DNA of 64,000 bases, taken from NCBI GenBank assembly GCA_938075585.1, contig CALJHG010000012.1:12673-76672 (forward strand), in the 5' to 3' direction. The stretch comes from an uncultured Gammaproteobacteria bacterium. Its GTDB lineage: Bacteria > Pseudomonadota > Gammaproteobacteria > Ga0077536. Of this stretch, positions 49,575 through 58,818 are shown piece by piece. The position numbers and the translations under genes were made by a program. The stretch's first letter is position 1; each line of letters starts with the position of its first letter. The notes under the pieces were generated by a model. It did no database searches. It had not been told where the DNA came from and saw only the letters and a list, made by a program, of their open reading frames with translations.

Positions 49575-50219
49575 ATGAAAAGTATGGAGCCTTCGTTAGA
49601 CCTATTTCATATTATGAAAACAATGCGCCCGATGAGGCGCTTAAAACCCGATGATGTGCCAGATGATTTATTAGAGGAAGTTTTAGATGCGGCAGTCTGC
49701 GCCCCGAACAGCTTAAACTCCCAACCTTACAATTTTATTGTCGTTCGCGACAAGGTGACTAAGAGTCTTTTTGGCGAAAAATATGATCAGGCAATGCGTC
49801 AACGCTTTGCGAAGTATGTTCCCGAGTCGGGTGATAATTCGGCATTTGCGCGTAATTTCCGAACGGCGATGGCGTTTGGGAAACATCTGCCTGATGTCCC
49901 TGTGCTCTTGTTTGTTTGTGGCGAGCGAGACTGGCCTTTAGCGGTCGCCGATGAGGCCCGTATTGGACTGGCGCCTCCGTCCTATGGTTCAGTTTTCCCT
50001 TGTGTTCAAAATATTTTACTTGGTTGCCGAGCCAAAGGGCTAGGAGCGAGTCTAACAACTATGCACCAAGTATTTGAAGCTGAGCTGATTGATCTTTTAA
50101 GAATGCCAGACTCACATGGTATCGTCGCTGTTATACCGATTGGATATCCCAAAGGAAACTTTGGTCCTGTAACTAGAAAGCCCTCTAGTTCTATCACTTT
50201 TTTAGAGCGGTGGGGCTAG
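49575..50219 (+). CDS. nitroreductase family protein
   Basis: MRPMRRLKPDDVPDDLLEEVLDAAVCAPNSLNSQPYNFIVV, typical of the nitroreductase fold. Confidence 0.75.
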   Translation: MKSMEPSLDLFHIMKTMRPMRRLKPDDVPDDLLEEVLDAAVCAPNSLNSQPYNFIVVRDKVTKSLFGEKYDQAMRQRFAKYVPESGDNSAFARNFRTAMAFGKHLPDVPVLLFVCGERDWPLAVADEARIGLAPPSYGSVFPCVQNILLGCRAKGLGASLTTMHQVFEAELIDLLRMPDSHGIVAVIPIGYPKGNFGPVTRKPSSSITFLERWG

Positions 50220-50317
50220 TTTAATACTATTATTTTATGCGCTTTTAAAACAATACTGTGGTCGATTAAGTTTGATACACTGCTATTGAGAGGCATTCGT
50301 TTCTAAGGAGAGTCTAT

Positions 50318-51292
50318 TTGCGAATTGGTTTCTGTGTCCGAGGTTTCACCGGCATTCTGAAGATCTTGAGAGAACTGCTGCCCGAAGATGAAGTGTTCGA
50401 GTGTGATCAATCTGAGTTAGCAATGCTAGCGCCTACCGCAGACGTCCTTATACCAACAATATGCCCAATTCCGGCTTCAATTTTTGCTGGTGGAAGATTG
50501 AAATTAATACAACAATATGGAGTTGGTTTAGATAGTATTGATATCCAGACTGCGACAACGGTAGGTGTGCCCGTTTGTAATGTCCCAAGTGTCGGTACTG
50601 GAAATGCCGAGTCCGTCGCGGAACTGGCTATTGCACATCTTCTGATGCTATCCCGAGATATTCCCGATGCTGTTCGGCAATTTAAGCTTAAAAAAGTAGG
50701 CGCTCCTCTCGGTCGTTGTTTGTGGGGTAGCACCGTTTGTATCGTGGGTTACGGTGGCGTCGGAGAAGAAATAGCGAGACGTCTTCAGGGTTTTGGAGTT
50801 CGTATTGTAGCGGTTTCTAAAACTGGGCCTAACGGAAGTCGCGCGCGTGACTCAACCATCAGGATTGATTTACACGTTGATCAATCTTCATTGCTCGATG
50901 CTGTGGCAGAAGCTGATTTTGTGATAGTGGGTGCGCCTGCCACGACTGAAAATAGAGGCCTAGTTGGCTGGTCAGTTTTGTCTAGTATGAAATCTACTGC
51001 CTATATCGTTAACGTCGCTCGTGGTCCGGTAATAGATTACAAAGCCCTCAAAAAATCTCTAGAAGAGGGTAAAATTGCGGGCGCAGGGCTAGATGTTTTT
51101 TGGAATGAACCTTTCGATCCTCATGATCCGATTTTCAGGAAAAATGTGATTGCGACTCCGCATATTGGTGGCTCCACCGAGCGCAGCCTATTGGGTATCG
51201 GTCGCGCTGTCGCCTGCAATATCGACCGCCTTCGAAATGGTGAGACTCTTATGGACTGTGCGAATCCTGGTGCGATCAGTGGTGGAATTTGA
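50318..51292 (+). CDS. D-isomer-specific 2-hydroxyacid dehydrogenase family protein
   Basis: NAD motif VGYGGVGEEIARRL, NVARGPVID and TPHIGGST (catalytic His). TTG start. Confidence 0.8.
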   Translation: MRIGFCVRGFTGILKILRELLPEDEVFECDQSELAMLAPTADVLIPTICPIPASIFAGGRLKLIQQYGVGLDSIDIQTATTVGVPVCNVPSVGTGNAESVAELAIAHLLMLSRDIPDAVRQFKLKKVGAPLGRCLWGSTVCIVGYGGVGEEIARRLQGFGVRIVAVSKTGPNGSRARDSTIRIDLHVDQSSLLDAVAEADFVIVGAPATTENRGLVGWSVLSSMKSTAYIVNVARGPVIDYKALKKSLEEGKIAGAGLDVFWNEPFDPHDPIFRKNVIATPHIGGSTERSLLGIGRAVACNIDRLRNGETLMDCANPGAISGGI

Positions 51293-51442
51293 TTAGCTGT
51301 TTTGTATGTTCTTTGGCCATTAGTACTCAGTGAACAATCGTTCTTGAAACATGAGGAGTGGACTATTAAAGTTGACACCGTGCTGATACTCCACGTCTCG
51401 GTTATTAGTACATTGCGAGTGTCTGATTACGGAGAGCTATAG

Positions 51443-53077
51443 ATGAGTGACTTAGATGATGGTGTACAACAAGAATTTGACGTAGTGGTTGTAGGCGCGG
51501 GCTTTGCTGGTATGTATATGCAACATCGGGTACAACAAAGAGGCTTGTCGGTAAGGTTGTACGAGGCTGGCAGCGGAGTGGGCGGTACTTGGTACTGGAA
51601 TCGATATCCAGGAGCTAGAGTCGATGTTGAAAGCGTTGAGTATTCTTACTCATTTGATGAAGAACTTCAGCAAGAATGGTCGTGGTCTGAGCGATACGCG
51701 TCTCAGCCAGAATTGATAAAATATTGTAACCATGTTGCCGATCGTTTTGACCTTCGGAAAAACATGCAATTTGATACAAAAGTCGTTTCCGCACATTATG
51801 ATGGAAAAATGCGGCGCTGGATAATAAAAACTAGCAAGCAGGATACAGTGAGTGCTAAATATTGCGTGCTTGCGACCGGGTTTCTTTCCAGTGGCAGTGT
51901 TCCAGATTTTAACGGGGTACAGGATTACCTAGGCAATAAGTACCTTACGTCAAAATGGCCTAAGGAAGAAGTTAATTTTGATGGGCAGCGAGTCGCCATA
52001 ATTGGTACCGGCTCGTCGGCGGTGCAATCAATTCCGATTATAGCCGAGCAGGTCGAGCACCTTTATGTGTTTCAGAGAACGCCATCTTTTTCTATACCCG
52101 CTCGTAACGGCCCACTCGACCGAGAGTACGAAAAGCGGGTTAAAGCAAATTATCGTGATTGGAGGAAGCGACAGCGCGAGTCGAGAGGAGGGTTTATCTC
52201 AGTAAATTTCCAGCCTACGAAGGCCAACCCCAAGTCAGCTATGCAAGTCAGTGCGGAGGAGCGTCTCGCGGACTACGAAATGAGGTGGAAATCTGGTGGG
52301 TTATGTTTCTACTCGTCTTTTGCGGACTTATTTACAAATCAGGAAGCCAATGACACTCTGGCTGACTTCGTCCGTGAGAAAACCAAAGCACGCGTCAATG
52401 ATCCGGAAACGGCCGAGTTATTGCTCCCGAAAGATTACCCCATAATGGGCAAGCGGCTCTGTGCGGATACGAATTATTTTGAAACTTATAACCGTGATAA
52501 TGTAACGTTGGTCTCTATCAAAGATTCCCCTATCGAAAAGTTAACGACGGCAGGCCTACAAGTTAAAGGCCACGAGTATGAGGTCGATAGTATCATCTTT
52601 GCTACTGGGTTTGATGCGGTCACTGGAGCGATAAAAAACATAGAGGTTTGTGGGCGTGACGGTAAAATGCTGCAAGAACATTGGGAAGGGGCGCCACGGG
52701 CTTATTTAGGGTTAATGAGTAGCGGATTCCCAAATTTATTCTTTTTAGACGGTCCTTGTGCCAACGGAGCGTTAGTCAGTCCTATGTTATTGTCGGAATA
52801 TCAGGTAGAGTGGGTAGACAAGTGTATCGATGATATAGGTGTGGCGGAATCTGCTAGTCTTGAACCTTCACTGATTGCCGAAGATGAATGGATGGAGCAC
52901 ATGAATGAGGTTGGTAAGGATAGTTTAATGCACCTAGCTAACAGTTGGTATATGGGGGCTAACATTCCGGGGAAACCGCGCGCCTTATTGTCCTATCTCG
53001 GTGGTTTAGAGACTTATCGTCAACAGTGTCAGGCTGGTCGAGAAAACAACTATGAGAGATTCATTAAAAATATCTAA
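51443..53077 (+). CDS. Baeyer-Villiger-type flavin monooxygenase (class B FMO)
   Basis: VVVGAGFAG, GVGGTWYWNRYPGARVD and a second Rossmann motif IIGTGSSAVQ. The fingerprint region reads YLGNKYLTSKWP instead of FxGxxxHxxxWP (see finding). Confidence 0.8.
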   Translation: MSDLDDGVQQEFDVVVVGAGFAGMYMQHRVQQRGLSVRLYEAGSGVGGTWYWNRYPGARVDVESVEYSYSFDEELQQEWSWSERYASQPELIKYCNHVADRFDLRKNMQFDTKVVSAHYDGKMRRWIIKTSKQDTVSAKYCVLATGFLSSGSVPDFNGVQDYLGNKYLTSKWPKEEVNFDGQRVAIIGTGSSAVQSIPIIAEQVEHLYVFQRTPSFSIPARNGPLDREYEKRVKANYRDWRKRQRESRGGFISVNFQPTKANPKSAMQVSAEERLADYEMRWKSGGLCFYSSFADLFTNQEANDTLADFVREKTKARVNDPETAELLLPKDYPIMGKRLCADTNYFETYNRDNVTLVSIKDSPIEKLTTAGLQVKGHEYEVDSIIFATGFDAVTGAIKNIEVCGRDGKMLQEHWEGAPRAYLGLMSSGFPNLFFLDGPCANGALVSPMLLSEYQVEWVDKCIDDIGVAESASLEPSLIAEDEWMEHMNEVGKDSLMHLANSWYMGANIPGKPRALLSYLGGLETYRQQCQAGRENNYERFIKNI

Positions 53078-53107
53078 TTGAAAAAAGTAACTAGCTTTTG
53101 CGCAAAT

Positions 53108-53293
53108 CTAGGCGTTTTGCTGTTCTGCAGAGAAATTAATTACGCTCCTATTTTCGACAGTATAGGCGATTTCTAAAGGCTGACAGCAGACCTCACAGTC
53201 TTCGGTATATTGTTGGGACGTCTCTGATAATTCTAGGATTACGGAGATTAGCTCCCCGCAGTAAGCGCAGTTAAAAAATTGCTCTTTTATCAT
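53108..53293 (-). CDS. CPXCG-motif cysteine-rich small protein
   Basis: CAYCGE..CEVCCQP, two Cys pairs, about 61 aa from ATG 53293. The track's longer start would run into the ibpA promoter region. Confidence 0.6.
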   Translation of the reverse strand: MIKEQFFNCAYCGELISVILELSETSQQYTEDCEVCCQPLEIAYTVENRSVINFSAEQQNA

Positions 53294-53331
53294 AAAGCCA
53301 CCTCTAAATTTGTTATAAAACCTGAATATCA

Positions 53332-53359
53332 CTTGAAAAATAAGTAGGTACCCTAATGT
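53332..53359 (+). promoter_or_regulatory. candidate sigma32 (RpoH) heat-shock promoter of ibpA
   Basis: CTTGAAA (53332-53338), 12 nt, then CCCTAATGT (53351-53359), compared with the consensus CTTGAAA-N13-17-CCCCATNT. It lies about 80 nt upstream of the sHSP gene. Confidence 0.4.
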
Positions 53360-53440
53360 ATGTATGGGTAAGCGTCGCGTCTATTTTATGTCAGAGCGGC
53401 GCTAAATATAAAACGTATTGCTTCTTAAGGAGAATGTGTA

Positions 53441-53872
53441 ATGAATACAATTGATTTTAGCCCCTTTTATAGAAACACTATCGGCTTTGATAGGTTTGTG
53501 TCCCTACTTGATAACACCCTGCATTCAGGAGCAAGGACACAAAGTTATCCACCATACAACATCGAGAGTATTGCCGACGACAAATATGCGATCACATTAG
53601 CTATCGCAGGATTTGAGGAAAAAGAACTTGAGATAGAAGTCGAAAATAGTGTGTTGACTGTGAGAGGAAAGAGGATGAAAGTAGAAAATACTTCTACTTT
53701 CCTGCATCAAGGAATAGCCAATCGGTCTTTTTGTCGGACATTTAGTCTGGCCGAATATGTGGAAGTGAGTTCGGCGAAACTGGCTAATGGTATTTTGACC
53801 ATCAATTTGGTCAAGAATGTACCCGAGGCCATGCTGCCCAAGACCATTCCTATTCAGTCTGTCGCTCTTTGA
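53441..53872 (+). CDS. ibpA: small heat shock protein IbpA (Hsp20 family)
   Basis: FSPFYRNTIGFDRF..YPPYNIE..YAITLAIAGF..LEIEVENSVLTVRGK, colinear with E. coli IbpA. Confidence 0.92.
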   Translation: MNTIDFSPFYRNTIGFDRFVSLLDNTLHSGARTQSYPPYNIESIADDKYAITLAIAGFEEKELEIEVENSVLTVRGKRMKVENTSTFLHQGIANRSFCRTFSLAEYVEVSSAKLANGILTINLVKNVPEAMLPKTIPIQSVAL

Positions 53873-53902
53873 TAGAATAGTTTAAGTAGGGTGAGGAAAC
53901 GG

Positions 53903-53931
53903 CAGCGAATCTAAGTAGCATTAATTCGCTG
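53903..53931. terminator. hairpin between convergent ibpA and the LLM gene
   Basis: CAGCGAAT (53903-53910) pairs with ATTCGCTG (53924-53931), with a 13-nt loop and only a weak T-tract (CTCTTT) after it. Confidence 0.3.
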
Positions 53932-53947
53932 TCGCTCTTTCGATAAC

Positions 53948-55174
53948 CTAAATGTAGTGAGGCAAGATCTCTTCACCAATTTTTCTAATATTGCGTTTAA
54001 CCTCTTCAATAGGAAGCAAACCTTGATCTCCCTGCCAAACGAACCATTCAGGATTTCCTGCCTCAATTAATGCATCCATCTGTCTTCTAATATCAGAGTT
54101 TTTCCCCGCCAACGCCCAGCCTGCATCGATCATCCTATCGGCGGTGCATTCACTGACTGGCAGAGGTTGGTCTCCATATTTTTCATTATCGTTTTCATTT
54201 CTAAATCCTTCGGTGAATCCAAAATGGTGAAAGAAATTCTGAAAGGGATATAGGATTCCGTTTTTCATGGCTTTTTTGGCTAGATGGAGATCATTTGCCC
54301 CATATATGGTGCGTAGTACCCCCATCGATTGTCCCAGCTCCAGGTCACGACCCGCCTTAGCAGCTTCCGCTTTATGAGCTTCTGCAAAGTGTCGTACCTG
54401 CGCCGGATCGGCAGTAAATAAAGTTGGGATAATCGTCTCTCTGGCACACCATCGGACTGTTTCTTCGCTCATCGAAAATGCCTGAAATAGCAAAGGGTGC
54501 GGTTTTTGGAAAGGCTTAGGGACGATATCGATAGCTTGGATCATTCCTTTTTCGTCAAGCTCGCCGATCGCGCCCGCTTCCCTAGTCCACTCGTGTGCAG
54601 CCCATGGTGTTCCGGTTTCATAGGGGAACGGGTACTGGTAATGCTTTCCTTTAAAGCGGAAGGGCTCATCTTTCCAAGCGAGTTTTAATATTTGGAACAC
54701 TTCTTCGAAGACTTCACGATTCCTCGCGTCTAACTCTCCCTGATTCGTGACAGTTGCACTGACGTGCACTTTTTGCGCCATTTGATTTAACCATCTAGAC
54801 TGATAGCCACGCGCAAAGCCAACATGCGTTCGTCCTTTTGTAAGTTGGTCTAGCCAAGCAATTTCTAGCGCCAATCTTAGAGGATTCCATCCGGGGAGTA
54901 CGTAACCTATCGGACCAACTTTCAGCGTTGAAGTATTATGGATCACGTGTTGTGTTAATACTGGAAGACTACCCATCTCCATGCCTTCCGTATGGAGGTG
55001 ATGCTCAGGAAAAGCAACTCCGGTAAAGCCAAGATCTTCGACCATTCTAGAAATTTCAGTAACCTCAGAGATCATTTTTTGCCAACGATCTGTGTGATAT
55101 GCGATCGGTTTTAGCGCTTTCCTCTCAGCATCGGTCGCCGGCAGAGCAGGCAAGAAAAAATACATAAACTTCAC
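53948..55174 (-). CDS. LLM-class flavin-dependent oxidoreductase (luciferase-like monooxygenase)
   Basis: 408 aa. FPEHHL, GWNPLRLALEIAWLDQLTKGR and VGFARGY are typical of the LLM fold. Confidence 0.7.
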   Translation of the reverse strand: MKFMYFFLPALPATDAERKALKPIAYHTDRWQKMISEVTEISRMVEDLGFTGVAFPEHHLHTEGMEMGSLPVLTQHVIHNTSTLKVGPIGYVLPGWNPLRLALEIAWLDQLTKGRTHVGFARGYQSRWLNQMAQKVHVSATVTNQGELDARNREVFEEVFQILKLAWKDEPFRFKGKHYQYPFPYETGTPWAAHEWTREAGAIGELDEKGMIQAIDIVPKPFQKPHPLLFQAFSMSEETVRWCARETIIPTLFTADPAQVRHFAEAHKAEAAKAGRDLELGQSMGVLRTIYGANDLHLAKKAMKNGILYPFQNFFHHFGFTEGFRNENDNEKYGDQPLPVSECTADRMIDAGWALAGKNSDIRRQMDALIEAGNPEWFVWQGDQGLLPIEEVKRNIRKIGEEILPHYI

Positions 55175-55217
55175 TATTTACTCTCCTTATAATTAGGTAT
55201 GTGGGGTGTGAGTTCGA

Positions 55218-55985
55218 TCAAGATTCCTCGTAGGCGATGGCCTCATCAGCTATTTGCCATATTTTATATCCCGCTGGTTCAGACTGTTCTTCGTATATGT
55301 GCCCCACTAGTCCAGCACATCTGGCTATAATATTAAAACCTCGGGCAATGGAGGGGGGCATGGACGCCTCTAAAAGCACTGCGCCGATGGTTGCGTTTAC
55401 GTTGATTACGATATTCTTGCCACTGATTTCCTTTATTGCATCGCCTAGCAGGTACATTGCGTCTATATACTCGCCATTTGCACCATTTTCTTTTGCGATA
55501 GTTGCGAGGGCATCGACTCGTGGATCTCCATTAATATGAATAGGATGGCCGTAGCCCGGTAGGAATTTTTTAGCGTCATGATGCTCTTTTGCAATTTCTT
55601 TTGCCTTATTTTTACGTTCACTATCGGGTTGTTTTACGATATCTTGTAATAGAACCGCCGCTTGATCAGCAGTTCCGACAAACCGACTTCCAGCGCCTAA
55701 AAGGCCAGCGGCGACCGCCCCTTGCAGAGATTCGGGAGCACCTAAGTAGGTGACTCGACTTGCGATAGCTGAGGGAGTCATACCATGTTCCATAATACAC
55801 ACTAAAACTGCGTCTACGACCGCGCGTTGAAGAGAGGTGGGTTCCTTCCCTAAGAAATGAAAAATAATGAAATCGCTAAAGCACATTTTACCCATTAGGT
55901 CGTCACATAGGTTTCTGCCTCTAATTGTTATAGAGTCCACATCGCTAGTGCAAAGATGCGTGACAGGGTTTTCTTTTTTATACAT
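55218..55985 (-). CDS. citryl-CoA lyase-like protein (citrate synthase superfamily, short form)
   Basis: 255 aa. It has LPGYGHPIHINGDPR, which corresponds to the citrate-synthase GHAVLR..DPR catalytic His region, and VGHIYEE. Confidence 0.65.
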   Translation of the reverse strand: MYKKENPVTHLCTSDVDSITIRGRNLCDDLMGKMCFSDFIIFHFLGKEPTSLQRAVVDAVLVCIMEHGMTPSAIASRVTYLGAPESLQGAVAAGLLGAGSRFVGTADQAAVLLQDIVKQPDSERKNKAKEIAKEHHDAKKFLPGYGHPIHINGDPRVDALATIAKENGANGEYIDAMYLLGDAIKEISGKNIVINVNATIGAVLLEASMPPSIARGFNIIARCAGLVGHIYEEQSEPAGYKIWQIADEAIAYEES

Positions 55986-56018
55986 AGTTTATCGCCTTCG
56001 TAGTAATGATGATGCTTA

Positions 56019-56783
56019 TTAACAGTTATCAGGATCTGTAATCTGATTTAGTGTCATGTGGTACTCGAAATATTCAGGCTGATGGGCTGAGCGAGCGACT
56101 TCTATCAAACCACCTCGTTCATCAATAAAACGTCGCTCAATCGCCATAACTGCCGTACCTTGTTTGACGTTTAGATCTGAAGCTTCTTCTTCTGTTGCAT
56201 ACGCGACCGAAAAAGTTTGCTCTACTCTTGCAATTTCATGCAGGTATTCTTTTTGCATTATAGAAAATAAGGGGAGTGCACTTTTAGTCAATTTCGAAAC
56301 AGCACTTTCAAAGTATCGCGGTACGTATATAGTAGAAGATGCGACAACTGTCCCATCAGACTTTTGTTGCCTTTTGGTCCGGATCTTCCACCACTTATAT
56401 CCTTGTGGGCAGTTAAGCCAATGACTGAGACTTTCATTTAATAATACTAGGTTGGTTGTTAAAACGGTTCTTGACGTTGTTTTAGCGTATTGAACTAGAC
56501 TTTGAAGTGTACTGAAGGTTGATTGATACAAGGGTTGCTTTGGCAATTTTTGAACTATCGTACCTTTACCTTGCTTGCTAATAACTAGCCCTCGTTCATA
56601 TAGGGTTCTGAGAGCAACTCTAATAGTATGTCGGCTGCAATTGAAACGTTTTTGGAGGATCGCTTCTGTTGGCAACAACTCGCCTGGCGCAAACTTACCG
56701 CGCTTTAGGTCGGCTATTAGGTTCCTACTTATCTGCGCATGTTTTGGATTAGGTAACACGCCTCTTACTCCATTAGAGCGCAT
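56019..56783 (-). CDS. GntR-family transcriptional regulator (HutC/UTRA subfamily)
   Basis: N-terminal winged helix (LPTEAILQKRFNCSRHTIRVALRTLYERGLVISKQGKGTIV) plus a UTRA-sized C-terminal domain of about 170 aa. Confidence 0.85.
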   Translation of the reverse strand: MRSNGVRGVLPNPKHAQISRNLIADLKRGKFAPGELLPTEAILQKRFNCSRHTIRVALRTLYERGLVISKQGKGTIVQKLPKQPLYQSTFSTLQSLVQYAKTTSRTVLTTNLVLLNESLSHWLNCPQGYKWWKIRTKRQQKSDGTVVASSTIYVPRYFESAVSKLTKSALPLFSIMQKEYLHEIARVEQTFSVAYATEEEASDLNVKQGTAVMAIERRFIDERGGLIEVARSAHQPEYFEYHMTLNQITDPDNC

Positions 56784-56817
56784 CTAGTGGCCTCCTTTCA
56801 CTCTTGCAAATTCAAAC

Positions 56818-56829
56818 TTGTACGTACAA
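56818..56829. promoter_or_regulatory. candidate GntR/HutC operator (perfect 12-bp palindrome)
   Basis: TTGTACGTACAA at 56818-56829, 35 nt upstream of the GntR start. A second copy of TACGTACAA lies at 56884-56892. GT..AC inverted repeats are typical GntR operators. Confidence 0.35.
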
Positions 56830-57133
56830 ACATATCGTTAAACTGATTGAAATACTAACTTTAATTGATAAATGAAAGATTCATACGTACAAATTTTTAA
56901 AATAAAGGTAATATACCATCAATGACTGTTTAGGTATTTGAGGGGCTTTAAGGAAGTGAAGAGATGGTGATAACTATAATGGTTTCACTCACTTTCATTT
57001 GAAGGCAACAATACTTATACTTCATCCACTTTTGTCAAATGCATGGTCGCGTAGCGACTATGAGACTGATAACCACGATATATCTCTGACTAGTTCTCGG
57101 GCTAAGTAACCGATATTTCTTATAGGAAAAAAT

Positions 57134-58396
57134 ATGAAGTTTAATGAACTAGGTCTGCAGGAGGCTCTTCTAAAGGCCACGCAGAATCGAGGTTATGAGC
57201 ATGCGACCCCAATTCAGCGCGAGGCCATCCCCAAAATATTGCGTGGTAGAGATATTTTAGCCGGCGCACAAACCGGAACTGGTAAGACTGCGGCGTTCGC
57301 ATTACCTATTCTACAACAGCTACTTGATCTCAGAGATACCTCTGATAGGGAAAAACTTAGGGTATTGGTGCTCACACCTACTCGCGAGCTCGCAGCACAA
57401 GTTAGAACAAGTTTTTGTGACTATGGTGCTAACTTACCTTTTCGAAGTACAGCAATATATGGCGGGGTAAACATTAACCCTCAGAAAAAGGATTTGAAGA
57501 AGGGACTGAGTATAGTAGTAGCGACCCCAGGTCGTCTGCTCGATCATTTGCAGCAGGGGACGATAGATTTAGATGACTTAAAAACGCTTGTTTTAGATGA
57601 AGCCGATCGAATGCTGGATATGGGTTTTATTCGAGATATTAAAAAAATAATAAAACTCGTGCCTAAGCGGCGGCAAAATTTATTATTTTCGGCAACTTAC
57701 TCAGATGAAGTGCGTGATTTAGCAAATCAGTTACTAGATAATCCGATATTAATCGAGGTGTCGCCTCGCAATGAGCCTACAGAAAATGTCCGGCAAAGCG
57801 TATACTTTATTGATAAAGAGGACAAAAGATACCTTCTAGCCCGACTCATTAAAAATTCGAACTGGTATCAGGTATTAGTTTTCGCGCGAACTAAGTATGG
57901 AGCAGATCGTCTAGCAAAGCAGTTAACTAAGATGGGCGTTGTGGCTGAGGCTATTCACGGGAACAAATCGCAAAATGTGAGAACTCGAGTTTTACGTCGT
58001 TTCAAGGATGGGGATCTTCCAGTTTTGGTGGCAACAGATATAGCAGCCAGAGGGCTAGATATAGAAAGCTTACCGTACGTAGTAAATTACGAGCTGCCTA
58101 ACGTTCCGGAAGATTATGTGCACCGTATTGGTCGAACAGGACGAGCCGGAGAGAAAGGCGAAGCAATTTCGTTAGTAGCGCCCGAGGATAAAAAGCTATT
58201 AAAAAATATTGAGAGAATGCTGAAAAAATCTTTGAACGTAATGCCGCTGCCTATTGATAGCGATCTAAATGGACGTCAATTTCATTCCGCGCGGGATAAA
58301 AGGGTGAAAAGTAGCCAGACGACGAGAGTAGGACAAAAGAGGCCTTTCACTAAAAACAGGTCAGGGAGAAAAAAGAAGAGCGCAGGAACTGTATAA
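57134..58396 (+). CDS. rhlE: ATP-dependent RNA helicase RhlE (DEAD-box)
   Basis: F..LGL, TPIQ, AQTGTGKT, PTRELA, VLDEADRMLDMGF, SAT and HRIGRTGRAG, with a basic C-terminal tail. Confidence 0.9.
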   Translation: MKFNELGLQEALLKATQNRGYEHATPIQREAIPKILRGRDILAGAQTGTGKTAAFALPILQQLLDLRDTSDREKLRVLVLTPTRELAAQVRTSFCDYGANLPFRSTAIYGGVNINPQKKDLKKGLSIVVATPGRLLDHLQQGTIDLDDLKTLVLDEADRMLDMGFIRDIKKIIKLVPKRRQNLLFSATYSDEVRDLANQLLDNPILIEVSPRNEPTENVRQSVYFIDKEDKRYLLARLIKNSNWYQVLVFARTKYGADRLAKQLTKMGVVAEAIHGNKSQNVRTRVLRRFKDGDLPVLVATDIAARGLDIESLPYVVNYELPNVPEDYVHRIGRTGRAGEKGEAISLVAPEDKKLLKNIERMLKKSLNVMPLPIDSDLNGRQFHSARDKRVKSSQTTRVGQKRPFTKNRSGRKKKSAGTV

Positions 58397-58475
58397 AAGC
58401 CGATGATCACGTGGTGATTAAATCAGTTCGGGTTGTAAATGGGGAGGATGAAATTTTTACTGAAGGAGTAATTTT

Positions 58476-58808
58476 ATGATTTTGACCATGCTACAAGCGA
58501 AAATCCACCGTGTACCAGTCACAGAATGTGATCTCAATTATAATGGCTCAATCTCTATTGACGGAGAATGGCTGGCTGAGGCAGGAATGTTACCAAATCA
58601 GCAGGTGGATGTGTTAAATATCAATAATGGCGCGAGATTTACCACTTATGTCATTGAAGCGCCACACCACTCGCAGATTATTGGGATTAATGGCGCAGCA
58701 GCTCGATTGGCGCAAATTGGCGATTTGGTGATCATCATTGCTTATGCGCAACTGTCAAGGGATGATGCCAGGCAACATGTTCCTAGCATCATCTGTCCTT
58801 TCGATTAG
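58476..58808 (+). CDS. panD: aspartate 1-decarboxylase proenzyme
   Basis: MILTMLQAKIHRVPVTECDLNYNGSISID, colinear with E. coli [29 protein letters not shown]. The G-S self-cleavage site is present. At 110 aa it is slightly short at the C-terminus. Confidence 0.9.
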   Translation: MILTMLQAKIHRVPVTECDLNYNGSISIDGEWLAEAGMLPNQQVDVLNINNGARFTTYVIEAPHHSQIIGINGAAARLAQIGDLVIIIAYAQLSRDDARQHVPSIICPFD

Positions 58809-58818
58809 CGGTTATCAA

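Noticed and set aside
48617-53077. Possibility that the redox and catabolic genes after tRNA-Thr form a genomic island integrated at the tRNA
   Set aside because: I found no integrase, transposase or phage gene, and no direct repeat of the tRNA 3' end downstream. I saw no obvious compositional break by eye. Unsupported without comparative genomics.
53858-53946. Direct repeat CTGTCGCTCTTT(C)GATA at the end of ibpA (53859-53874) and again after the intergenic hairpin (53930-53946)
   Set aside because: It is short (about 16 nt with one indel). One copy is coding and the other overlaps the 3' arm and tail of the putative terminator. No mobile-element features are nearby. It may be a small local duplication of no evident function.
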